Shown: positions 57,050 to 64,000 of the stretch, piece after piece
How positions within the stretch are numbered: the stretch's first letter is position 1
How the letters are laid out: every line of letters begins with the position of its first letter
From: Candidatus Alloenteromonas pullistercoris
GTDB lineage: Bacteria; Bacillota_I; Bacilli_A; RFN20; CAG-826
NCBI GenBank assembly: GCA_017694295.1
Contig: JADINA010000024.1
Coordinates: forward strand, 5,295-69,294
DNA: 64,000 nucleotides
Direction: 5' to 3'
Notes under the pieces: model-generated
What the model was told of the DNA's origin: nothing
Databases searched by the model: none
Seen by the model: the letters and a program-made list of their open reading frames with translations, nothing else
Position numbers and translations under genes: made by a program

Positions 57050-57935
57050 ATAGCCTGATAAGCAAATCGCAGAATCCCTTAGGCTTCTCAAAAGCCGGCA
57101 AATGGCCGCAGTCGAATGGGTAAAATCCCTTTCGCGGCGCCTTGATATCTTCAAAATAGGCTTTGGCGACGGGGTAGGGCGTTATGAAGTCGTCCTTGCC
57201 TTGGCATATGAAAAATGGGATATCAAATTCGCGCGGCAAGGAAATCGCGCTTAAAGGCAGGCAAAGCCTTTCAAGCAGCTTTGTTCCTTTTCTCCAGCCC
57301 CTTTTTGCCCAAAGCGAATACTCGCCTGATTTGTAGAATGGGATGATTTCCCTTTCTTTGTAGCTCGGATAGTCCTTTGGCTCGAAGGCGGGGTAAAGAA
57401 GCGAATGGAAAAGCGCTTCTTGCTCCTTGGTTTCGAATACGCCGCCAATCGGCCTTTTAAGCCCGGCTTTCGCGACGTCGATTCGCTTGCTTAATTCTTC
57501 GTATTGCCAAAGGACGCTTTCCCTTGAACTGACGAACTGCCCATAGCCTAAGTAGGCATCGAAAAGCCCATTGGCTTTGGCTAAAGACAAAACGGAGATA
57601 GCCGATCCCCATGATTCGCCGACCAATATGATTTTTTCCAATGAGTAGCGGCTCTTTATCAGCCTCCCCCAAGCGAGGATGTCTTCGACATAGCTTTCGA
57701 TTGAATAATCGGCTTTCTTTGGGAACGCATGATAGGAGCCCCCGGTGCCGCGCTGATCATAGGCGCAGACTAGGAACTTATCGAAAAGCGGGCTCAATTT
57801 GTCTTTTATCTTGTGGCGGTTGGGATTGCCGGGCCCGCCATGGACGAAAAGCAGCCCGGTCTTATTTGGGATTCCAAAGACATGGGCGATTTGCCCTAAG
57901 CCGTTTATTTTAGCTTTGACCAATTCGTCTTTCAT
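57042..57935 (-). CDS. Alpha/beta hydrolase (proline-iminopeptidase-like)
   Basis: HGGPG, YDQRG.G, GESWG, G.DD, GH.P. Confidence 0.85.
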   Translation of the reverse strand: MKDELVKAKINGLGQIAHVFGIPNKTGLLFVHGGPGNPNRHKIKDKLSPLFDKFLVCAYDQRGTGGSYHAFPKKADYSIESYVEDILAWGRLIKSRYSLEKIILVGESWGSAISVLSLAKANGLFDAYLGYGQFVSSRESVLWQYEELSKRIDVAKAGLKRPIGGVFETKEQEALFHSLLYPAFEPKDYPSYKEREIIPFYKSGEYSLWAKRGWRKGTKLLERLCLPLSAISLPREFDIPFFICQGKDDFITPYPVAKAYFEDIKAPRKGFYPFDCGHLPAFEKPKGFCDLLIRLFS

Positions 57936-58813
57936 TTGGCTTTCTTCATTAGGTAGGCGGCGTAGTGGGAGGCGACGTCGATGCCCGTTGTTTTCTCAAT
58001 GCCATCGATGAAGGCGTTGGAATTGACCTCGCAAAGTATCGGCTTGCCGTCTATACCCACCAAGATGTCAACCCCGGCATAATCAAGTTTTAGGGCTGTG
58101 GCGGCCTTCTCGGCCATCTCGATATAGGAAGAGGGGATCTCCACGTTATAGCCCTTTCCCCCTTGGGCGACGTTTGAGCGGAAGTCGGAATCGTTGTAGC
58201 GCATCATACCGGCCACGAATTTCCCCCCTATGACGATAAGGCGGAAATCCTTTCCTTTGCTTGAGGCGATGAAGCGCTGGTAAAGGCGGGGCTTTTGCCG
58301 GCTTTTGGCATCGAAATCAATCAATTCATCAAGGTTTTGCAAAAGGAAGACGTTGTTTCCAAGCGATCCATAGTTCAATTTGGCGACAAGGGGGAAGCCT
58401 AGTTCGTCCCCGATTCTTTTTAGGTAATCCGGGTCGGTTTCCTCAAAGGTGTAATTAAGCGGCGGGGCGATGGTCTTCGGCATGTCGATATGCAAACAGG
58501 ACAAAGCCAGATAGGTCATCATCTTGTCATCGCAAAGCTCGATTGAGCGGGGCGAGTTGAAAAGGCGGAAACCCTGCTTTTCCAATGCATAGGCGGCGTA
58601 GCGGTCTTTATCCAAATACAAGACGAAGGCGCATTCGCTTAGGATCGATGAAATGGATCCGTCATCTTCGATTTTTATAAACGCGTCCCCCGTCCTAAGC
58701 AAAGAAAGGTCAATGCCATATGGCGCGAGGGCTTCCTTCATCCTTTCCTGGAAATGCCTTACCCCCGGATAGAGGCGGTGCTGATTGACGATGGCGTAGG
58801 CTTTTTTCGGCAT
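57932..58813 (-). CDS. RimK-family ATP-grasp ligase
   Basis: DKM.TY, P.V.K...GSLG, D.R..V.G, FRSN...GG, GVDIL, CEVNS. Confidence 0.88.
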   Translation of the reverse strand: MPKKAYAIVNQHRLYPGVRHFQERMKEALAPYGIDLSLLRTGDAFIKIEDDGSISSILSECAFVLYLDKDRYAAYALEKQGFRLFNSPRSIELCDDKMMTYLALSCLHIDMPKTIAPPLNYTFEETDPDYLKRIGDELGFPLVAKLNYGSLGNNVFLLQNLDELIDFDAKSRQKPRLYQRFIASSKGKDFRLIVIGGKFVAGMMRYNDSDFRSNVAQGGKGYNVEIPSSYIEMAEKAATALKLDYAGVDILVGIDGKPILCEVNSNAFIDGIEKTTGIDVASHYAAYLMKKAK

Positions 58814-58875
58814 AAGGCAATTGTGGGGCTTTGCCTTTCCCTAATCAAGATGGCAACCACACTTCTATATATGTT

Positions 58876-58897
58876 CATAATTATGCTATTATTATGC
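58876..58897. promoter_or_regulatory. Putative operator/promoter of the antitoxin-domain nadE
   Basis: Palindrome CATAATTATG (58876-58885), repeated ATTATGC (58880, 58891), TATTAT -10-like hexamer (58887-58892); no SD before ATG 58902. Confidence 0.5.
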
Positions 58898-58901
58898 CGT
58901 T

Positions 58902-61052
58902 ATGAAGATATTGCCAATCACCGCCTTGCGCGACACCCAAAAGATCCTTGAGGAGGCCCTTAGCTCAGACGAGCCGATCCACATAAGCAAAAACGGGGCC
59001 GATTCGCTCGTCCTTATGAGCGAGGGCGTCTATTCGACTCTTGGTTATTCCCCTATAAGCAAAAAACCCGAATACGACCTCAGGCAAAGCAAAACCAAAA
59101 AAGAGGTTAAGGCGATCGAATATGGCGATCATGCCTCCTCACCGTTATCCGATCCCCTTGGCTTCGTCCGGGTAAGAAGCGCATCGCTTCGAATTAAGAT
59201 CGCCAACCCAAAAGCCAACGCCGAAAGCACGAAAACGAAGATCGAGGAGGCAATCGGAGACGGGGTTTCCGTGCTTTGCTTTCATGAGCTTTCCCTTTCC
59301 GGCTATACTTGCGGCGACCTTTTCCTCGATTCCTCGCTTTTGCGGGGCTGCTTGGAGGCTTTGGCCGACTTAACCGAGTTCTCCAAAGGCAAAGACATCG
59401 CCTTTTGCCTTGGCTTGCCTTTGGAAAGGAACCACACCCTCTATAACTGCGCCGCCCTTATTTGCCGCGGTTCGATACTGGGCATCGTCCCCAAACGGAA
59501 CATCCCCAACTACCAGGAATTTTATGAGGGGCGTTACTTCAAGCCTTATGAGGGGGATGATGGCTATATTGATATCAATGGGGTGCAAGTGCCCTTTGGC
59601 AACCACCTTATCTTTGTCGACTCTGCCTATCCGCTTCTTCGCCTTGGCATTGAAATATGCGAGGACCTTTGGGTGCCCGATTCGCCTTCGATCGGCCTTA
59701 GCCTAGCAGGCGCCAACCTCATCCTAAACCCTTCGGCCTCAAACGAGACGGTTGGGAAAGCCGAGTACCGCTCCTCCTTGGTTAGGATGACCTCGGCCAA
59801 GCTTTTGTCCGGATATGTCTATTGCGATGCCGGGGAGGGGGAGTCGACCACCGACTGCGTCTATTCCTCGCATCAGATAATCGCGGAAAACGGCGCAATA
59901 ACCTCCCAAACGGAATTGTTTTCGATGCAAGACGCGACCAGCGACATCGATTTGGAGAAGCTGCAAGCCGAGAGGCGGAAGATGAATAGCCTTAGCCAAG
60001 GGGATGAATATTCGAAAGTCTACTTCGCCCTTCCTTTGGTTAGGCCGGCTTCTTTGCTTCGCCATTACCCTAAAAACCCTTTCATCCCCGAGGGGGAGGA
60101 GGTGGATTTAGACAGGGTCAAGGAAGTCCTAACGATGCAGGTGGCCGGGTTAAGAAACCGCCTATTGGCTATCAATTGCCGCAAAGCCATCGTTGGATTA
60201 AGCGGCGGGCTCGATTCGACTTTGGCCTTGCTCGTCGCCGTTGAGGCCTTCAAGTCCCTCAATTACCCCTTAACCGGGATCACGGCTTTGACCTTGCCGG
60301 CTTTCGGCACCTCGAAAAGGACCCACGACAACGCCGAATCCCTAGCCAAAAGCCTAGGCGTCGCCTTCCGGGAAATCTCGATAAAGGAGACGCTGCGGTC
60401 ACACCTAAAAGACATCGGCCACGACGAGGACAACCACAACGTCGCCTATGAAAACGCCCAAGCCCGGGAAAGGACGCAGGTGCTCATGGACATAGCCAAC
60501 GACGAAGGCTCGCTTATGGTCGGGACTGGGGACCTTTCCGAGCTTTGCCTTGGCTGGTGCACCTATAACGGCGACCATATGTCGATGTATGGGGTCAACG
60601 CCTCGATACCGAAGACGCTGGTCCGCTACCTATGCCGGGGATACGCTTTGCTGCATAAGGAGGCGGCTGGTCCGCTACTAGACATAATCGACACGCCCAT
60701 CTCCCCCGAGCTTTTGCCGACCAAGGATGGGGAGATCGCCCAAAAGACCGAGGACACGGTGGGGCCGTATGAACTTAACGATTTCTTCATCTACCATTAC
60801 CTCCGCTTCCGCTTCACCCCGGAAAAACTTCTCTATATTGCCGAAAAGGCCTATGAAGGCGTCTATGACCGGGCTTATATAAAGAAATGGCTTAAGGCCT
60901 TCTATCGCCGTTTCTACCATAACCAATTTAAGCGCAGTTGCCTTCCCGATGGGCCGAAAGTCGGCTCCGTCGCCATTTCCCCGAGGGGGGATTGGCGGAT
61001 GCCCTCCGACGCCGATTCGAAACATATCGAGGAGGAAATCGACGCCCTATGA
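58902..61052 (+). CDS. nadE: Glutamine-dependent NAD+ synthetase with N-terminal Phd/YefM antitoxin-like domain
   Basis: Nitrilase triad HELSLSGY / PK..IPNY.EFYE / EICEDLW; SGGLDST, ENAQARER, GTGDLSEL, FKRSCLPDGP. Extra N-terminus ILPITALRDT...EPIHISKNG...LVLMS...Y. Confidence 0.93.
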   Translation: MKILPITALRDTQKILEEALSSDEPIHISKNGADSLVLMSEGVYSTLGYSPISKKPEYDLRQSKTKKEVKAIEYGDHASSPLSDPLGFVRVRSASLRIKIANPKANAESTKTKIEEAIGDGVSVLCFHELSLSGYTCGDLFLDSSLLRGCLEALADLTEFSKGKDIAFCLGLPLERNHTLYNCAALICRGSILGIVPKRNIPNYQEFYEGRYFKPYEGDDGYIDINGVQVPFGNHLIFVDSAYPLLRLGIEICEDLWVPDSPSIGLSLAGANLILNPSASNETVGKAEYRSSLVRMTSAKLLSGYVYCDAGEGESTTDCVYSSHQIIAENGAITSQTELFSMQDATSDIDLEKLQAERRKMNSLSQGDEYSKVYFALPLVRPASLLRHYPKNPFIPEGEEVDLDRVKEVLTMQVAGLRNRLLAINCRKAIVGLSGGLDSTLALLVAVEAFKSLNYPLTGITALTLPAFGTSKRTHDNAESLAKSLGVAFREISIKETLRSHLKDIGHDEDNHNVAYENAQARERTQVLMDIANDEGSLMVGTGDLSELCLGWCTYNGDHMSMYGVNASIPKTLVRYLCRGYALLHKEAAGPLLDIIDTPISPELLPTKDGEIAQKTEDTVGPYELNDFFIYHYLRFRFTPEKLLYIAEKAYEGVYDRAYIKKWLKAFYRRFYHNQFKRSCLPDGPKVGSVAISPRGDWRMPSDADSKHIEEEIDAL

Positions 61053-61101
61053 GTTTTTATATATCCCTTAATTGGTGTAAAGTTTGTTAACGGAGGAATT
61101 T

Positions 61102-61395
61102 ATGGCAGCGAAAACAAAGGAGACGGAAAAGGCCAAACCAGCCGAAGAGGCGAAACCCAAGGACAAGACCAAGGTTTACCATATCGCCAAAAGGGCGAGC
61201 GATGGGATGTGGTCGATAAAATTCGCCGGGGGCGAGAAGGTCATCAAGCTTTTCAAAACCAAGGAAGAGGCCATGGCCTATGGCGACTCGGTCGCCGGGA
61301 ACCAAGGCGGAATCGTCTTGGTCCACGCCTCGAAAGGGGCCAAAGCCGGGAAGATCCAAAAGCAGAAGTCCAGCGGCAAGAAAAACATAAAGTAA
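61102..61395 (+). CDS. DUF2188-like small basic protein
   Basis: YH......G.W..K..G....K.F.TK.EA......A......VH pattern; Lys-rich termini; SD GGAGG. Confidence 0.7.
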   Translation: MAAKTKETEKAKPAEEAKPKDKTKVYHIAKRASDGMWSIKFAGGEKVIKLFKTKEEAMAYGDSVAGNQGGIVLVHASKGAKAGKIQKQKSSGKKNIK

Positions 61396-61408
61396 ACCGT
61401 TTCGCCTT

Positions 61409-61942
61409 ATGAACATGTCATTCCTTAAGAGCAAAGCCTTTTGGGGCGAGCTCTTCCGCTTCCTGGCCGTCGGCATATACGGCACGTTGATCGATTACGT
61501 CGTCGAGGTGTGGGTCACCTCATTCTTTTCCTCTTCGCTCACCTCCAATCACGTTTCGGCCTTTTTCATCCAATTCGGCATTTCCTTGGTCGGCTTTTTG
61601 ATCGCCTTGCCCTCGACTTGGTCGCTTTCGGCCGTTTGGGCCTTCAAAGACGCCGAGGACAAAGAGGGGACTAGGTCGGCTAAGGGTATGGCCAAATTCG
61701 CCCTGTTTGCCTTCTTGGGGCTTTTATGTGGGGCCATCGTCCAGTTCCTTGGCTATATGACCTGCATCGAATGGTCGGGGTGGGGCATCAACATCCTCGA
61801 CATCGACTTCTCAACCTTGTTTGGGTCGGATGTGTTGGTGTTTTGGAGCTACACCGTCGTCTTCGTCTTGAAAACGGCGGCCACCACCATCTTCAATTAC
61901 GTGACGAGGAAGTTCATCCTCTACAAGACGAAAACCGCTTAG
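61409..61942 (+). CDS. GtrA family (polyprenol-sugar flippase-like) protein
   Basis: RFLAVG...TLID; 4 TM segments; K..AT...FNY..RK...Y. Confidence 0.8.
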   Translation: MNMSFLKSKAFWGELFRFLAVGIYGTLIDYVVEVWVTSFFSSSLTSNHVSAFFIQFGISLVGFLIALPSTWSLSAVWAFKDAEDKEGTRSAKGMAKFALFAFLGLLCGAIVQFLGYMTCIEWSGWGINILDIDFSTLFGSDVLVFWSYTVVFVLKTAATTIFNYVTRKFILYKTKTA

Positions 61943-62430
61943 TCGACGTAAACCTCGCCGACGAAATCGAAATGCCTTTTGCATTCCGGGCTCGGATCCT
62001 CGTAATGGGAGGCCATGTCCATGATTATGTGGTCAGGCACCCATTTTTCTTTTGGGCGTTGGTGGTTCCTTTGAAGGCAAAGGGAATAATCCTTCAGCTT
62101 AAGCAATATCAATAGGTAACGGTCGAAGCAGCCATCGAGTTGGCGGCGGAAATAAAGCCTCCGCTCATCGTAAAGCATGGTGGTGTCGAAGATGATTGAG
62201 ACGCTTTCCTTTTCCTCGCAAAGCCTTTTGGCCCTTTCGACCATCTCCTCATAGATGACCATCATGTTCATTCCGGGTGGGAATTGGTCATAGCCGCCAT
62301 ACATTTGCTTCCTCACCTCATCGGCCGCGATGACGGCGACGTCTTCGCCTGGATGCTCCAAGGCGTAATTGGCGGAGAACGTCGATTTGCCGATGGCCGC
62401 CGGGCCGCAGACGAGGATTAGCTTTTTCAT
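61939..62430 (-). CDS. P-loop kinase (AAA_33-like)
   Basis: LILVCGPAAIGKST, D..R, FDTT, C..RN..R. Start is MKKLIL at 62430. Confidence 0.8.
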   Translation of the reverse strand: MKKLILVCGPAAIGKSTFSANYALEHPGEDVAVIAADEVRKQMYGGYDQFPPGMNMMVIYEEMVERAKRLCEEKESVSIIFDTTMLYDERRLYFRRQLDGCFDRYLLILLKLKDYSLCLQRNHQRPKEKWVPDHIIMDMASHYEDPSPECKRHFDFVGEVYVD

Positions 62431-62561
62431 ATCTTGGCCTTTCTTGACGCGGCTATTGTACTTTAAGCAACGCTTAAAGATGAATAGGCTTTTTAATGGG
62501 CAAGGCAAAATTGTTAAGTAAGCTTTTTGCATTGGGCCGCTTTCTACTTTAAGATAGGGAT

Positions 62562-62924
62562 ATGGAGAAATACACTAGGTCGCAAGAAGATTTCCTCGAA
62601 GCATTGCTGGTGCTTGAGGAGAGGGGAGAGCCGCTGGAGACGACGAAGGTCGCCAAATTGCTTGGCGTCTCCAAGCCCGCCGTTCATCAGATGGGGCATG
62701 AGCTTATCGACAAGGGGCTCATGACCAGGATCGACTATGGCGATATGTCGCTTACCGAAAAAGGCCGGGAGGTCGCCACGCGGGTTTACGAACGCCACAA
62801 GGTGCTCCGGGCCTACTTGCTTAGCCTTGGGATTAGCCCGGAGACGGCGGAAAACGATTGCTGCCAAATAGAGCACGTCATAAGCGAGGAGACTTTCGAG
62901 GCGATAAAGAAAATAGTCGGCTAA
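62562..62924 (+). CDS. DtxR/MntR-family metal-dependent regulator
   Basis: EDFLE, VAKLLGVSKPAV, LTEKG, A..CQIEH.IS. Confidence 0.9.
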   Translation: MEKYTRSQEDFLEALLVLEERGEPLETTKVAKLLGVSKPAVHQMGHELIDKGLMTRIDYGDMSLTEKGREVATRVYERHKVLRAYLLSLGISPETAENDCCQIEHVISEETFEAIKKIVG

Positions 62925-63442
62925 CGTTGCTTGGCTTCAAAATAGGCGGATAGGTAACCCTGTTCGCCTTTTCTTGTCGCCTCTTCCAAATCGGATGCGA
63001 TCCCCAACTCGATTAGGCATTGGGGGTCGGATTCGGCGATGGGGGCAAATAGGAGGCTTTTGAGGTGCTGGATGAACTTGCTTGAGGCGAATTCCTTCCT
63101 GTAGCGGTCGAAGGACAAAAACGCGTCGGCGAATAGGAGGATGTCGTTTTCGATTTTGACGAAGAAGTCGACGTCTCCGCGCCGCAAAGGACGGTTTTTG
63201 AATAAGGGCTTATAGGGGATGTCCTGCCCTTGGCCGAGGGAGGAGAGGAACGCCAATTCCCTTTCCCTGGCCTCAGGGGTCCCGCTAAGCTGGAGGAGGC
63301 AGGCTTTTTTGAAAATGAAGAGGAAGGCAGAATAGGCCTGCTCGGCTTTATCTGCGTCATCAAGGAAAAGGGTAAAATCCCCCAATAGCCTTCCTTTCAA
63401 TCTTTCGGCTTGGAGAAGCTCTTTTCCCATTGCTTTGACCAA
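62921..63442 (-). CDS. Hypothetical protein
   Basis: 173-aa ORF filling the gap between convergent and divergent neighbours; no recognised motif. Confidence 0.55.
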   Translation of the reverse strand: MVKAMGKELLQAERLKGRLLGDFTLFLDDADKAEQAYSAFLFIFKKACLLQLSGTPEARERELAFLSSLGQGQDIPYKPLFKNRPLRRGDVDFFVKIENDILLFADAFLSFDRYRKEFASSKFIQHLKSLLFAPIAESDPQCLIELGIASDLEEATRKGEQGYLSAYFEAKQR

Positions 63443-63533
63443 AGGAAGTATAGCTTCGGCTTGTTCTTTTTAATAGGGTTTTCGCTATTGCGAAGGGTAA
63501 AATCCTTTTGTTTTGTGGTAAGGTTAGCCCTAT

Positions 63534-64000
63534 ATGGGAAAAAGGCGCCGGATAGTCATAGTCGGAGGGTCGATCGCCGGGGTTTACTCCGCCTTGCTTT
63601 TAAGGGAAAAACACCAAGATGCCGACATCCTCATCTTGGAGAAAAACGATAAGCTGCTTAAGAAGATATACGCGACCGGGAACGGCCATTGCAACCTCCT
63701 AAACCTCGCCTCGGCGGGGAAAAACTACAACCGGCCCGATTTCATCGATTCCGCTTTTTTCCGCCACCCGATCCCCTCTTTGCTTTCCTTTTTGGGCAAA
63801 TACGGCATCGCCACCAGGGCCAAAGGCGATTTGGTTTACCCGGAATCCTATTCGGCCGCCTCGTTTTGCCTTTACCTGGAAATGCTTATAAGAAAAATGG
63901 GGATTGAGGTAAGGCTCAATACCAGAATCGTCGATTACGATGGGTCGTTTGTCTATGGGGAAGGCGGGGAGAAATACCCTTACGACCATCTTTTGTTTTG
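63534..64000 (+). CDS. HI0933/BaiN-family flavoprotein, 3'-truncated by the window edge (not in ORF track)
   Basis: MGKRRRIVIVGGSIAG...LEKNDKLLKKIYATGNGHCNLLN...G.VYP.S..A. Confidence 0.9.
   Translation, partial: MGKRRRIVIVGGSIAGVYSALLLREKHQDADILILEKNDKLLKKIYATGNGHCNLLNLASAGKNYNRPDFIDSAFFRHPIPSLLSFLGKYGIATRAKGDLVYPESYSAASFCLYLEMLIRKMGIEVRLNTRIVDYDGSFVYGEGGEKYPYDHLLF

Noticed and set aside
1-64000. UGA-to-Trp recoding as in Mollicutes
   Set aside because: prfB is present with its UGA-dependent frameshift, and many well-conserved genes end at TGA.
1-64000. Numerous 60-350 aa antisense or alternate-frame ORFs in the track (for example 52563-53597, 51441-52118, 31179-31847)
   Set aside because: Shadow ORFs expected from GC-rich third positions of real genes; no motifs or RBS.

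Overview
A 64 kb, fairly GC-rich, tightly packed chromosomal segment of a Firmicute. Gene order and protein style suggest an uncultured, streamlined Bacilli/Erysipelotrichales-like gut bacterium (inference). Core blocks: dnaX-ybaB-recR-tmk-holB-ricT-rsmI, prfA-prmC-tsaC/rpiB-comFA-comFC-secA-prfB(+1 frameshift)-yitT-uvrB, secG-folD, nrdD/trxB/nrdG, mscL and nadE. A visibly AT-richer accessory patch (about 40.2-46.6 kb) surrounds a tRNA-Ala(CGC). It holds a DUF4143 ATPase, an IS3 remnant, two Fic genes (one frameshifted), a UmuC/YolD-type mutagenesis pair and a small orphan ORF. The most striking theme is single-polypeptide domain fusions: (1) a Phd/YefM antitoxin-type DNA-binding domain on glutamine-dependent NAD synthetase, preceded by a palindrome and no Shine-Dalgarno (SD), which makes it a candidate self-regulating NadE; (2) class III RNR with a C-terminal CPNC redoxin next to trxB; (3) Arg/Lys decarboxylase-agmatine deiminase; (4) TsaC-RpiB; (5) Cys-phosphatase-Nudix. 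Also seen: a P4-less SAM-I-type riboswitch in front of an N-formylglutamate-amidohydrolase-like gene, a divergent ThyX-like gene coupled to folD, tandem CIRCE operators, and small ORFs absent from the ORF track. All calls come from motif recognition by eye; no database search was run.
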